A stretch of DNA of 64,000 nt from Kofleriaceae bacterium (GTDB lineage: Bacteria > Myxococcota_A > Polyangia > Haliangiales > Haliangiaceae), in contig CBDCCZ010000060.1 of NCBI GenBank assembly GCA_965215005.1, positions 96,001 to 160,000 on the forward strand. Reading direction: 5' to 3'. The notes under the pieces were generated by a model. It did no database searches, was not told the DNA's origin, and saw nothing but the letters and a program-made list of their open reading frames with translations. Each line of letters starts with the position of its first letter. Position 1 is the stretch's first letter. Positions 31,301-42,448 of the stretch are shown one piece after another. The position numbers were made by a program, and so were the translations under genes.

Positions 31301-31870
31301 GAGAGCGCGAGCTGCGAGAAGCCAACCTCGGCTGCGAGCGCGCCAATTTCGCGCTCGAGCTCGCCGTTGGCGTACGCGTGCAGAACGACGACGGCGAGGC
31401 TGCGAATGCCGCTGCGGTGCGCGTCCTCTAACGACTGGCGCAGGCGCTCACGATCGAGGCTCGTGCGGCAGGTTCCGTTGGCATCGCCCCGCGCCTCGGT
31501 CTCGATGACACGTTCATACAGGTGCTCGGGGCGCTTGATATCGAGCGCGAAGATGTCGGGTCGCGTTTGATTGCCGATGGCGAGCAAATCGCGGAAGCCG
31601 CGGGTGATTACCAGTGCGGTGCGCGCGCCGCGGCGTTCGAGGAGCGCGTTGGTGGCGATGGTCGTGCCCATGCGAACGTCGCACGGCGGAATGGGCTCGT
31701 CGCGCTCGAGGCCAAGAAGCTGACGCATGCCAAGGATCGGTGCGCGGTCACTGCTGAGAACTTTCGCGGTGCGAATCAGCCGCTCTTCGGGTCGCAACGA
31801 GAGATCGACCCCGAGACAGTCGGTGAAGGTGCCCTCCGCGATCGATCCAGAACTGCCAGCGCGCTTGCAT
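28318..31870 (-). CDS. ATP-dependent 5-oxoprolinase (fused hydantoinase A+B); one apparent +1 frameshift near 31832
   Basis: N-terminus [13 protein letters not shown] in one frame continues as TFTD in another; [45 protein letters not shown]. Confidence 0.92.
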
Positions 31871-31945
31871 GGCGCGACTGTACCTTGGCGCGTTGACGCG
31901 ATGGCATCCTGGCCAAGGAGCGTCCTCCACCTATACTCGCCCGCG

Positions 31946-34474
31946 GTGTCACGAGTCGCTCTTCCCATCGACCCGCTTTTAGAAGAAATCGTCGCGAGCT
32001 GTCGCGGCGACAATCTGGTGCTCATCGCGCCGCCGGGCGCGGGCAAGACCACCCGGGTGCTGAGCGCTCTCCTCGATGCAGGCGTTGGCGGCGACATCGT
32101 CGTGCTGCAGCCGCGGCGATTGGCGGCGCGCATGGCAAGCCGCGAGAGTGGCCAGTGAGCGCGGCGAGGCGGTAGGCGAGACGGTGGGCTATGAGGTGCG
32201 CTTCGATCGCAAGCTCGGCCGAAACACCCGCATCCGGTCCGTGACTGAAGGAATCTTGAATCGGCAGATAGTGTCCGATCCGCAGTTGTCCAAGGTCGCC
32301 GTGGTGATCATCGATGAGCTGCACGAGCGTCATCTCAGCGGCGATCTGGCGCTGGCTTTAGTGCGCCGGTTGCAGCTACACGCGCGCCCCGAGCTGCGAC
32401 ATCCTCGCCATGTCGGCAACCCTGCACGCCGCGCCGGTGCAGGCATTTCTCGGCGACTGCCCGGTGTTGACCTCCGAAGGTCGGAGCGCATCCAGTGACC
32501 ATCGAGCATCTCGAGCAGCCGCTGCAGAGACCGCTCGAGGCCGAGGTCGCTGCGGCGGTGAGACGACTCCTCCAAGATGGGCTCGATGGTCACGTGCTGG
32601 TGTTTTCTTGCCCGGCGCCGCGGAGATTCGCCGCGCCGCCCGCCGCGTGCGCGGAGCTGGCCGCGCGCGCCGAGCTCGATGTCGTTGCGCTGCACGGCGA
32701 CTTGCCGGCCGCGCAGCAAGATCGCGCGGGTGGCGCCGAGCGCGCGTCGCAAGCTCGTGCTCAGCCACCAACGTCGCCGAGACCTCGCTCACCATCGATG
32801 GAGTGGTGGCGGTGATCGACTCGGGGCTGGCGCGGATCGCTTCGCATTCACCGTGGAGCGGCGTGCGCTCACATCCCTGGTGAGCTCAGTGAGCCAAGCC
32901 AGCTGCGTGCAACGCGCCGGTCGCGCCGGCCGCACCCGCGCCGGGCGTTGCGTGCGGCTATTCACCCGCCACGACTTCGACACCCGTCGGCCGTTCGAGA
33001 CCGCCGGAAATCGCTCGCGCCGATCTCGCAGAGGTCGCGCTTTCTCTCTCACGCCATGAAGGTTCGGCTCGCCGACTTTTGCATGGCTCGAGCCGCCGCC
33101 TGCAGCGTCGGTCGCTGCCGCCGAGGAGCTACTGATGCGGCTCGGCGCGATCGACGCAGCAGGCGTGATCACTGCCACGGGACGCCTCATGCAGCGGTTT
33201 CCGGTTCATCCGCGGCAAGCGCGAATGCTCGTAGAGGCCGAGTCGCGCGGCGTTGGCAAAGACGCGTGCGTGCTCGCAGCGCTGGTCGGGCAGCGGCCGT
33301 TGCGTCTCGAGCGCCGCGGCGGCGAGCGCGCGCACCTCAGCGGGCCGTCGGACCTGCTCGCCGACCTCGAGTGCGCTGGCGCCGCTGCGCGAGCGCGGTC
33401 TTCGCGCCGCTTCGGTGCGCGCCGGCAGGGCTCGACGTGACCACGGCGTTTGCAGTCGATCGCGCCGCGCGGCAGCTCGAGCGGCTCGTCGACACCACGC
33501 ATCGCGCGCCGCCTACGGAGCGGGAGGTCGATCGGGCACTGCTGATCGCCACGCTGGCCGCTCATCCAGATCGCGTTGCCAGGCGTCGGCGTCCTCACTC
33601 CGAGGAGCTGGTGTTCGTCGGGTGGCGGCGGTGGCAAGCTCGCGGGGCGACAGCGTGGTCATCGAGCCCCTGTTCATGGTCGCCGTCGATGCCGAGGGCG
33701 CGCGGCGCTGGTGGCAAGCGCGTGGTGCAGGTGCGCAGCGCCAGCGCGATTGAGTCCGACTGGCTGCTAGAGCTCTTCATCGACGCCATCGACGAGCGTG
33801 ACGAGCTCGAGTGGAACCCCAGCGCCGCGCGGGTGGAGCGCGTGCGCCGGCTCCTCTATCGCGATCTCATCGTCGATGAGCAGCGCGATCCGGCGAGCGC
33901 CTCCGAGCGATTAGAGGAGGCCGCCGCGGTGCTTGCTGCGCAGGCGGTCGCGACCGGCATCGAGCGCTTCGTCGCCCTCGATGCTCTTGAAACCTTGCGC
34001 GCGCGCATGGCCTTCGTAGCCGCGTGCCGCCCCGACGTCGGCATCGAGCCGCCCACCGACGAGGCGCTCGCCACGCTGCTAGCCAACGCGTGCCTTGGCC
34101 TCACGAGCTTTGCCGAGCTCGCGAACACCTCGCTCCTGGACGCGATCGCCAGTGGTCTCGGCAGTCGCGCGCGGCAGCTCGACGAGCTCGCTCCGACTCA
34201 CGTCTCGCTTCCGGGCCGGCGGCGCGTGCCGGTTCACTATCATTCTGATCGGCCGCCGTGGATCGAATCGCGCTTGCAGGACTTCTTCGGGCTCGAGCGC
34301 GGGCCCACCATAGCCGGCGGCCGCACTCCGCTGGTCCTGCACCTCCTGGCGCCCAACCGGCGAGCGCTGCAAGTGACGCAAGATTTGAGCGGATTTTGGC
34401 AGCGGCACTACCCTGAGCTGCGCAAGCAGCTGATGCGTCGCTATCCCAAGCACGCTTGGCCGGAGCGGCCGTGA
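31946..34474 (+). pseudogene. hrpB: ATP-dependent helicase HrpB broken by more than 10 frameshifts (32135-33710); probably sequencing error
   Basis: Motifs spread over frames: [56 protein letters not shown]; intact C-terminus LLAPNRR..QVTQDL..FW..Y..RYPKHAWP. Confidence 0.9.
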
Positions 34475-34713
34475 TGAATCGCCGCCGGGCCGCGCCCGTC
34501 GACTCTGGCGGCAAATTGTCGCAGCGCTGCGGTTGCTTCCAACCCGGCGCCGCGACTGTGGTAATCGCTCTGTCGTCGGTAGCCGGACGCCGGTGAGCCC
34601 ATGGAAGTCAGCTGCGAGCACGCATACGCACGCCGAACCGCTTGCCCCATTGCGGGCATCGCATGCGTTATGGACGTGGTGGTGCATTGGCCAAGGGCGC
34701 TGCGGAGGCCTGC

Positions 34714-35592
34714 TTGAGCTTCGCGCGCGCCCTCTCGCCGACGCCGTCGCTCGCCGATGTCGTCTCGTTGGCCAAGCCGCGCATCATGATGATGGCGCTG
34801 TTGACGGCGGCCGGCGGGCTCAGCTTGGCGCCGGGCTCTGCGCCGGTGTCGCTGTGGATCGCGCTCATGGCCGGCACGGGCCTGATCGTGGGCGCCGCCA
34901 ACACCCTCAACATGTATCTCGAGCGCGACATCGACTGCCTGATGTCGCGCACCAAGGGTCGGCCGCTTCCGGGCGGACGCATGGAACCCAGCTTCGCGCT
35001 CGTCTTTGGGGTGGCGCAGGCGGTGGTGTCGGTGCCGCTGCTCACGTTTGCGGTGAATCCGCTCACGGGCCTGCTCGGGGTGATCGCGCTCCTCAGCTAC
35101 GTCAACCTCTACACGCCGCTGAAGCAACAGACCACGGTCGCCACCTGGATCGGCGCCGTTCCGGGCGCCATGCCCGCGCTGATGGGATTTACCGCCGCCA
35201 GTGGGCGCATCGACGTTGCTGGTGTGGCGGTCTTTGCGGTGCTGTTTCTGTGGCAGATTCCGCATTTCCACGCGATCGCGATGTTTCGCTGCAAGGAGTA
35301 CGACCGCGCCGGGCTCAAGACCTTGCCGGGCACTCGCGGAATGCGCGTGGCGCGGCTCTCGATCGTGTTCTACCTGCTGCTGCAGGTGGCGGTGAGCATC
35401 GCGCTGTACCCGCTCGGCGTCGCTGGGTTGCCGTACTTGATCGTGGCGGTCGTGGCAGGGGCCGGCTACGTGGCGGTGGCGCTGCCTGGGCTGTCGGCGA
35501 GTGCCGGACCGCGCTGGGCCAAGCGACTATTCTTGGCGTCGATCGTGTATTTGCCGGTGGTGTTTCTCGCGTTGGTCGCGAGCGGCGGCTAG
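34714..35592 (+). CDS. cyoE: Protoheme IX farnesyltransferase (heme O synthase)
   Basis: [42 protein letters not shown] before TTG 34714. Confidence 0.95.
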   Translation: MSFARALSPTPSLADVVSLAKPRIMMMALLTAAGGLSLAPGSAPVSLWIALMAGTGLIVGAANTLNMYLERDIDCLMSRTKGRPLPGGRMEPSFALVFGVAQAVVSVPLLTFAVNPLTGLLGVIALLSYVNLYTPLKQQTTVATWIGAVPGAMPALMGFTAASGRIDVAGVAVFAVLFLWQIPHFHAIAMFRCKEYDRAGLKTLPGTRGMRVARLSIVFYLLLQVAVSIALYPLGVAGLPYLIVAVVAGAGYVAVALPGLSASAGPRWAKRLFLASIVYLPVVFLALVASGG

Positions 35593-35595
35593 CGC

Positions 35596-36159
35596 GTGCG
35601 CCCGCCGTCCACGGTGACCTCATCAGCGCAGCGGCGCTTCTACGGGCGGCCGCTGGCGTGGCTGCTATTTGCGCTCGCGCTGATGGCGGTGCCGCTGCTG
35701 GGTTACATGCTGCAGGCTGGGATGCGTTGGGACGAGATGCATCCGGCGATCAATGCCATGCTCAATGGCTCAAGCGCCGTGTTCCTCATCGCAGGCTTCA
35801 TCGCCATTCGCCGGCGCGACGTGAGCCTGCACAAGCGCTGCATGGTAGCGGCGTTTCTCGCTTCGAGCGTGTTTCTCGCCTCTTACCTGGCGCGCTTCTA
35901 TCTCTCCGGCACCCATCGTTATCCGGGTGTGGGTTGGGACAAGAGCCTCTACCTCGTGATCTTGTTTTCCCACATGGTGCTCGCCGCCTTGGTGGTGCCC
36001 ATGGTCCTGCGGGCGCTGTATCTCGCACTGCGCGGCCGCTTCGAGTCCCATCGGCGGCTCGCGCGCTGGACGTGGCCGGTCTGGATCTATGTCTCGGTGA
36101 CCGGCGTCATCGTCTACGCCATGCTGTACCCGATAGCTGGCGCCGTTTACGGTCACTGA
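35596..36159 (+). CDS. DUF420 (CtaM-like) membrane protein
   Basis: [41 protein letters not shown]. Confidence 0.9.
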   Translation: MRPPSTVTSSAQRRFYGRPLAWLLFALALMAVPLLGYMLQAGMRWDEMHPAINAMLNGSSAVFLIAGFIAIRRRDVSLHKRCMVAAFLASSVFLASYLARFYLSGTHRYPGVGWDKSLYLVILFSHMVLAALVVPMVLRALYLALRGRFESHRRLARWTWPVWIYVSVTGVIVYAMLYPIAGAVYGH

Positions 36160-36199
36160 GCCCGCGACGAGCGCTGTGCTATAGAACCAGCACACCGCC

Positions 36200-36868
36200 A
36201 TGCCCGATGTTCGTGCCGAATCACACGACGTAGCCGCACCGCGCTCACGCCTCCTTCGGGACCTCGCCACGGTGCCAAACATCATTTCGATGTCGCGCAT
36301 CGTGCTCATCTGCGCGGCCGTGTTGCTGTTCATTTACGGCTTGCCGCTGGTCGGGCTGATCGTTGGCACCATCTGCGGCCTGTCCGACTACTTCGATGGA
36401 TGGTTGGCGCGCCGTTCGGGCACCGTAACCGAGATTGGCGCCATTCTCGATCGGCTCGGCGATCTGGTCTTCGAGATGGTGGCGATGGTCTTCGCGGTCT
36501 ACTCGCAGCTGTTGCCGCCGCTGCTGTTCATTCTGTATCTGCTCCGGGAGGTGCTGGTCATGTCGGCGCGCCAATACGTGGCCGAGCATCGCGAGCGCGG
36601 CGTCGTCATCGCCACCTCGTTTTACGGCAAGCTCAAGACGAATTTCCTCGGCTATAGCTTCTTTGGGATCTTCTTGGCCGCCGCTGGAGTGTTGCCTGCG
36701 CACCTAGCCGAAGTACTGCAGCTCATGGCGATCATCACCATCGCCATCGGAGTCGTGTTCTCATACATCTCTGGCTATCAGTACCTCGCTGGTTTCGCGC
36801 GCGCCTACGATCTTGGTGCCGACGGCGCGGCTACCACAGCGCCGCGGTCCTCAAAACTTGGCGAGTAG
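36200..36868 (+). CDS. CDP-alcohol phosphatidyltransferase (PgsA-like)
   Basis: [20 protein letters not shown]...[10 protein letters not shown] signature, GKLKT. Confidence 0.92.
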   Translation: MPDVRAESHDVAAPRSRLLRDLATVPNIISMSRIVLICAAVLLFIYGLPLVGLIVGTICGLSDYFDGWLARRSGTVTEIGAILDRLGDLVFEMVAMVFAVYSQLLPPLLFILYLLREVLVMSARQYVAEHRERGVVIATSFYGKLKTNFLGYSFFGIFLAAAGVLPAHLAEVLQLMAIITIAIGVVFSYISGYQYLAGFARAYDLGADGAATTAPRSSKLGE

Positions 36869-38293
36869 GCGGGCGATGAAGCGATTGTTGTCGAGCTTGT
36901 CTTGGCCCTTTAGCTCGTCTTGAATGTGATACTCGAGCGATAGGACGGCGCCGACGGTACCGGCAGACTTGATGTCGATGCCCGCGGAATAGACGGCGGT
37001 TTGGAAGTTGTTCGTGTCGAGACCATCGGTGGCGAGAGCGTCAACGGAGATGAAGTCGACGCGGGCTTTGGGCGCGATAGAGCGAATCTTGCCAATGGGG
37101 ATGTACGTCCAGAAGTCATAGGTCATCTCGGCCATGAAGCCCTGTCTGTTGATGTCTTCGGGGGTAGCCTCTGCAGGATCGGCCTGGTCGAGATTCTCCA
37201 AGGACCAGATGTAGTAGCTGCGCAGCTTCAGGTCGGCGAGTTTCCAGGTGAGGTCGGCACCGTGGGCGACGAAGTCGCCGGGGTAACGGCGCACGTCCGA
37301 TGGGTCCATGATCATCGGAGAGGGTTTGTCGCGAAGGACACCGGCGGCAAAGGAGTAACCAAGCTCGAGGTCGGCGCCGAGGCCAGGAAACAGGCCAAGG
37401 CGACCAATGAAGGTTTTGTCGCCATCCCGATCGTAGGAGCGTTGGCCGCTGATGTCGAACGTATGCACGCCGTTGCCCAGCGAGACGACGTAGTTCATAC
37501 CAAAGCCCTCGCTGAAGGCTTTGGAGCCGTTGAGGCGCACGCCGCGCTCGTTGAAGTGGGTTGGAAAGGCGGCGGAGGCGCGCGGCACCAGCTGGAATAG
37601 GGCTTGACCACCAAGCCAGTCGATATTGACGATGCCGAAGGGCGCCCAATAGAGGCCGCCGCCGAGCGTTAGATAGGTCTTATAGAGATCCCACGACACC
37701 GACGCCTCGGTAATCGCAACGGTGAGGCCGCCGGGGCCGGCGGTGCCTTCGCCGCTGGGATTGGAGACGAAGTGCAGCTCGAGGAGCGAGCGCGTGTGCG
37801 CCGAGGTATCCGTCGAGATGAAAATCGCGGCGTCGTACTGAAAGGAGTTGTCGGACGTGTTGGGTACCAGCAGCTGTCCGGGCATCGGCAGCTGCGTGGG
37901 ATCTGGTGCGGTCCAATCGGGGCTCTTGGAGGCCCAAACGCCTTCGAGATAGCCGTGGATGGAGAAGAACGCCAGCGGCACGACATAGTGGCGACCGGCG
38001 GTTTCCCATGCGAACTTCTGATCGTCGGCGTCGCCTTCGCGGCTCTCACCATACGAGCCTTCATCGCTCGCAGGCACTACCGACGTTGCGGGCACTGCAG
38101 GCGTCGCGGACGGTACCGGCGTTGGTGGGGCCACGGGCGCCGGGACTGGCTCGGGCATCGGCGCAGGCGGTGGTGGCTCGATTTCTTCGAGCTCAGTTTC
38201 CTCTTGCGCGTGCGCGGTTACGGGCGCTGCCAAGAGCGCTAGCATCCCGAGCGCAAAGGGAGCCGCGTGCAGAAGGTTGCGTCTGCAGTTCAT
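36851..38293 (-). CDS. Putative outer-membrane beta-barrel (porin-like) protein
   Basis: Signal peptide (AHA|Q), Pro-rich linker, amphipathic beta strands, C-terminal Phe. Confidence 0.7.
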   Translation of the reverse strand: MNCRRNLLHAAPFALGMLALLAAPVTAHAQEETELEEIEPPPPAPMPEPVPAPVAPPTPVPSATPAVPATSVVPASDEGSYGESREGDADDQKFAWETAGRHYVVPLAFFSIHGYLEGVWASKSPDWTAPDPTQLPMPGQLLVPNTSDNSFQYDAAIFISTDTSAHTRSLLELHFVSNPSGEGTAGPGGLTVAITEASVSWDLYKTYLTLGGGLYWAPFGIVNIDWLGGQALFQLVPRASAAFPTHFNERGVRLNGSKAFSEGFGMNYVVSLGNGVHTFDISGQRSYDRDGDKTFIGRLGLFPGLGADLELGYSFAAGVLRDKPSPMIMDPSDVRRYPGDFVAHGADLTWKLADLKLRSYYIWSLENLDQADPAEATPEDINRQGFMAEMTYDFWTYIPIGKIRSIAPKARVDFISVDALATDGLDTNNFQTAVYSAGIDIKSAGTVGAVLSLEYHIQDELKGQDKLDNNRFIARLLAKF

Positions 38294-38319
38294 CGCTTCG
38301 ATCCTCTCCTCGGGGCTTG

Positions 38320-39285
38320 CTAAAGGGCCTCGCCCACGTCGATGTCAAGAACGTACGGGAAGGCCTGCGGATGGCCATCGGAGCTAATGGTTACGTAGTA
38401 GTCGCCGGGGGCGAGCCCGCGCGCAAAGGTGTCGCTGCTGGTGATGGTGGGGCATTGATTTGCCGCTCGTCCTGTGCGTCCTTCGCCAAGAGGCATACCG
38501 TCGGCATCGAGAAGCTTCATTCGAATGTCGAGCTGCGAGTTGCGGCAAGGTTGTCCATTGGCGCCTAGCATCGCGACTTCTAGGTTTGCCTGTTGCTCGA
38601 CTCGCACTAGATAGAAATCGCTGTCGCAAGTGCCGCCGAGCACCGCGCGCAGGCGTTGCGCCGTAGCGGAAGCCACCGGAAGCAGCACGTTCGCTTGATC
38701 CATGCCGTCATTGGGCTCGAGCTCTAGCTCATCGAGGCCGCGCAAGATCATCCGGCATTCGTCGCAGTCGATGCCGCCGTCGCAGCATTCTCCGGGCTGC
38801 ACCATGCCGTCGCCGCACACTTGTCGGCTTGCTACGACGTCCACCGAGCCGCCGCCCGCGGCGCTATCGACAGCGACCAAGTAACGTCCCGGCGTCGGAG
38901 CCACGAGCAGCCGCTCGTAGGATCCTGCGCCGCAGGCGTTACTGGCGCCAAGGCAGGTGTCGCGGCCGCAACTCTCGTCGAGAACGTAGAGCACCACGTC
39001 GCTATCGAGCTCTTGTGGATGGGCCTCGATGTACCACCGCTCGCCCTCGCGCACGTCGATGGCAAAGAACCCATCGGAGCCGCGGATGTCGGTGAGCCCG
39101 CAGGCATTGTTCACGGCATCGTCGAGATCTTGCGTCTGGACCTCGAACGGCTCTTCCGAGGAAAGATGGGGCAGCGCGGGCGGCTCGCAGCGATTGCTCA
39201 CGTCGGTGGGCGGCGCGTCGAAGACGTTGCACGCGGATAGCAGTAGTGCGCCGGTGGTGACGAGCGCCCAGACCCTATTGGACAT
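38320..39285 (-). CDS. Cys-rich lipoprotein with PPC-like (pre-peptidase C-terminal) domains
   Basis: Lipobox LSAC; myxobacterial CGDG.....E.CD repeat, [17 protein letters not shown]. Confidence 0.75.
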   Translation of the reverse strand: MSNRVWALVTTGALLLSACNVFDAPPTDVSNRCEPPALPHLSSEEPFEVQTQDLDDAVNNACGLTDIRGSDGFFAIDVREGERWYIEAHPQELDSDVVLYVLDESCGRDTCLGASNACGAGSYERLLVAPTPGRYLVAVDSAAGGGSVDVVASRQVCGDGMVQPGECCDGGIDCDECRMILRGLDELELEPNDGMDQANVLLPVASATAQRLRAVLGGTCDSDFYLVRVEQQANLEVAMLGANGQPCRNSQLDIRMKLLDADGMPLGEGRTGRAANQCPTITSSDTFARGLAPGDYYVTISSDGHPQAFPYVLDIDVGEAL

Positions 39286-40924
39286 ACGGATTTTCCTCGA
39301 TGGGAAAGAGCACGGGCTTCTTCTTCTCGTTGTGAGCCGGACGATTTTGCTCCTCGGCTGGTTCGCTGCTCTTGTTGGGGAGCCGTTCCCGCGCTGGTTT
39401 GGGCGGTGGGCGTCGCGGTCGCGACACGGTTCGACGCTGTGACTCGCGTTTGGTAGCGCTGGAATCGCCGCTTTCGCCGGTTTGTTCCTCGCGGTCGGCT
39501 CGTGCTGCTGTTGCGGCCTCGTCATCGGCGGTTGGCGCGCGCTCTTCTCGTTTCGTGAGCGCGGCTTCGTCCTCCGATGTGGGATCAGGTTTGATATCGA
39601 GGTGCTCGGGAGCTTGGCTCGGCAGCACCACGGCAGGTGCGCGGGGCTCAGTGAGCTTGGCTGCCGGCACTGCAATCGCATCGGACACGGTCGTGCTCGC
39701 GCCGCCGCCAAGCAGCGCTGCCACCGCGACGCCCAGCGCTCCGGCGGCAGCAACCAGTGCGGCAGCCAGCCATCGGCGAGGCTCGCGCACGTCGACCTGG
39801 GCGGCCTGAGCTTGCTCGGCGACGACCGCCGGAGCACTATCTCCATTCATCGATGACGCGCTCGGCTCGTCGCTCGACAGCTCGATCGACGGCGGGTTGC
39901 GACGCGCTGGACCGGTGGCTTCTGGCGCCGCCTTCATCGCGCGGCTGATGGCCTCTCGGCGATGCGCGAGCCGCTCGGCAAATACCTCTTGAACCCAGCG
40001 CGAGATCCGCGTCACCGGCGCGCACAGGTTGCCCGCTAACGCCGCTTCGCGCAGCGCTTCGGCCATTTCCGCCGCGGACTGAAAGCGCTTATCGGGATCC
40101 TTTTCGAGCGCACGCAGGCAAACTTCGTCGAGGCAGGCCGGCGGTGCAAGTCCCACGGTGCTGGGTGGTGGCGCCGCCATCTCCAACACGTTCTTCATGG
40201 TCGCCGCGTCGTGCTCACCGCGAAAGAGCGGTCGCCCGGTGAGCGCGCTCCACAACACGACGCCCATGGAAAAGACATCGGCGCGCGCATCCACCGCGCC
40301 CCCGGTGGCCTGCTCAGGAGCCATGTACGAGAGCTTGCCCTTGAGGATTCCGGGGGCGGTTTGGGTGATGCGAGCCGCCGCCTTGGCGATCCCGAAATCG
40401 GTCACGCGGCCGATGCCGTCGACGCCCACGAGAATGTTCGCGGGACAGATGTCGCGATGAACCAAGGCGAGCGGCTCTCCGAGGTCATCGGTGAGCGTGT
40501 GCGCGGCATCGAGTCCATTGAGTGCATCGATGACCAGCGGGACGATGAAGGCGGGGTCGCGATCGGCGCGCGAGCGGCGTAGCAGCTCTGAAAGAGTGCC
40601 GCCTTCGATGTAGGGCATGACGATGTAGTAGCGACCGTCGGTTTTGCCAACATCGAGGATGCCGACCACGCAAGGGTGCGATAGGCGGCCAGCGAGTCGG
40701 GCTTCGTCGAGGAACATGTCGACGAACTTGCGGTCTTCGGCGAGATGCTCGTGGATCAGCTTGACTGCAATCAATCGCGAGAACCCAGCGTCGGCGCGAT
40801 GGGTACCGAGGTACACGACACCCATCCCGCCCGAGGCGATCTTTCCCAGCAGCTTGTATCGACGCGATGGCGACTCGCTCGAGTGCATCGACGGTTCGCT
40901 ACCTTCGGAGAGGGCTCGCATCAT
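39275..40924 (-). CDS. Membrane-anchored Hanks-type Ser/Thr protein kinase
   Basis: IASGGMGVVY, AVK, FLDEARL, HRDICPANIL, DFGIAK, YMAPE; TM helix; low-complexity tail. Confidence 0.95.
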   Translation of the reverse strand: MMRALSEGSEPSMHSSESPSRRYKLLGKIASGGMGVVYLGTHRADAGFSRLIAVKLIHEHLAEDRKFVDMFLDEARLAGRLSHPCVVGILDVGKTDGRYYIVMPYIEGGTLSELLRRSRADRDPAFIVPLVIDALNGLDAAHTLTDDLGEPLALVHRDICPANILVGVDGIGRVTDFGIAKAAARITQTAPGILKGKLSYMAPEQATGGAVDARADVFSMGVVLWSALTGRPLFRGEHDAATMKNVLEMAAPPPSTVGLAPPACLDEVCLRALEKDPDKRFQSAAEMAEALREAALAGNLCAPVTRISRWVQEVFAERLAHRREAISRAMKAAPEATGPARRNPPSIELSSDEPSASSMNGDSAPAVVAEQAQAAQVDVREPRRWLAAALVAAAGALGVAVAALLGGGASTTVSDAIAVPAAKLTEPRAPAVVLPSQAPEHLDIKPDPTSEDEAALTKREERAPTADDEAATAARADREEQTGESGDSSATKRESQRRTVSRPRRPPPKPARERLPNKSSEPAEEQNRPAHNEKKKPVLFPIEENPYVQ

Positions 40925-41955
40925 CAGAAGTCTCCTCGCAGCCCGACGGTGTAGTTGCCCGCCTCCACACCCACCGCAATGTCGCCTCGCGTTTCCTTGG
41001 CGCGCACGCGCGCACCGAGCACGGCGATGCCCACAGTGATCGCGGCGCTCACGGCGGTGGCCCCCAGCAGCACGTTCGTCCGCCGCTCACGCCGCTCACC
41101 ATCTTCGAATCCCGACAGGCTCGGAGAGAGTTGATACTCGTCGTAGGCGCTCATGGTGTCGCGACCGCTCCATAGCGCCGCGGCGCCAAGGGCGGCGGTG
41201 GTGATGCCGCCAATCACCAAGTACGGCGTTGGCAGCTCGAGCTCGGTGGCGCTATTGGCACGAGCGACGCCATCGACTTCGAGAGCCATCCCACGGGCGA
41301 CGAGCTGCCGCTGCGCCGGGGCCGCCGCAGTCGCCGAGGCGTTGCCGTCGGCTTCTTGCGCTTGCGTCGCTGTTTCCGCGGCAGCCACTGGCAGTGCCGC
41401 AGCCGTCGGGTTCACCAATCGCAGCGCGACGGCGTCGCCCGCGCCGCCACGAGCGACGTCTCCCGCCATGGTTCCATCGCCAAAGTGGGCGGAGACCATG
41501 TGCTCTCCCGGGAAAACGTAGAGCGCGTGATTGGTTTTCGATTTCGCCGACGCGACGAGCCCATCGACGCGCAGCGTGCAGGTTTCTCCGCACTCGACGT
41601 CCACCCGCACGTAACGGGGCGCGAGCAAGTCGTGAAGCTCATCGGCCAGAGCTCGCGAGCGCGCATCGTCGGGGTAGCGCGCGAGCAGCTCTTCTGCGAG
41701 CGATAGGGCCACGACATTGTGACCAGCTGCAATTCGTGAGCGGGCCGCACTGCGCAGAGCCTGGGGCGTGGGGGCCAGGCTGTCCGCAAGCTCGAAGAGC
41801 TGCGCAGCACGGGCGAAGTCACCTTGCAAAGCGGCTTGCTCGGCATCGGCGTACGCATCTGCCGCCCGCGTCCGAGGGTCATCCTCGGCGCAAACTGTTC
41901 CCACACCTATCACTAGAGTGACTCCCACCACTAGGAGCCACGAGCGAAGCTGCAT
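40924..41955 (-). CDS. Secreted TPR + PEGA-like protein with C-terminal membrane segments
   Basis: Signal peptide, TPR-like helices (A..LFE.AD...P), beta domain, two hydrophobic C-terminal segments; TGA overlaps the kinase ATG. Confidence 0.75.
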   Translation of the reverse strand: MQLRSWLLVVGVTLVIGVGTVCAEDDPRTRAADAYADAEQAALQGDFARAAQLFELADSLAPTPQALRSAARSRIAAGHNVVALSLAEELLARYPDDARSRALADELHDLLAPRYVRVDVECGETCTLRVDGLVASAKSKTNHALYVFPGEHMVSAHFGDGTMAGDVARGGAGDAVALRLVNPTAAALPVAAAETATQAQEADGNASATAAAPAQRQLVARGMALEVDGVARANSATELELPTPYLVIGGITTAALGAAALWSGRDTMSAYDEYQLSPSLSGFEDGERRERRTNVLLGATAVSAAITVGIAVLGARVRAKETRGDIAVGVEAGNYTVGLRGDF

Positions 41956-42448
41956 AGTCCCTCCTGGAGCGGCATCGAGCGTCGTGAATCGACACTCGAC
42001 ATCGCTCAGCACGCCCTCCCTTTTTGGAGTAAATGGCGCCGACTATCAACAGCGATAACGGGTCGTAATTAGCTTAACGATTGGTTTTCAAAGGAGTCAG
42101 TGTCGGTATGGGAAGTGCCGAGTGATCCACTGCAATGCATGCGCGAATACCCACCTCACCACGAGGAGGTGAGGTTGATGAGCAAGCTCATCGTCTTGCT
42201 GGTTCAGTAATGACTTTCGCGACCTGACGGAGACCTCAGCCACGCACACGTAGGATGAAACGCCCTTCGATTTGGATCGCGCGCTAGCTCACCAACATCG
42301 CTTCTCTTGCGCCAAAAAAGCCATGCGAGCCGCTTTACGCGAAACTATGTACTTGATTGACACGCTGTCTTCCGGCTAGGTGAGCACACGGGTCGACGCG
42401 TGCTGGGCTTTGCGAGCGCGACCCTTGACGCATCACAAAGGGAGGACC

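Noticed and set aside
31871..32133. N-terminal extension of the 1271-aa ORF in the ORF track
   Set aside because: Artefact of the frameshift near 31832; the real start is ATG 31870 ([13 protein letters not shown]) and the extension overlaps hrpB
42222..42262. CTGACGGA...GAAAC as a hammerhead ribozyme core
   Set aside because: Does not match CUGANGA and stem II cannot form
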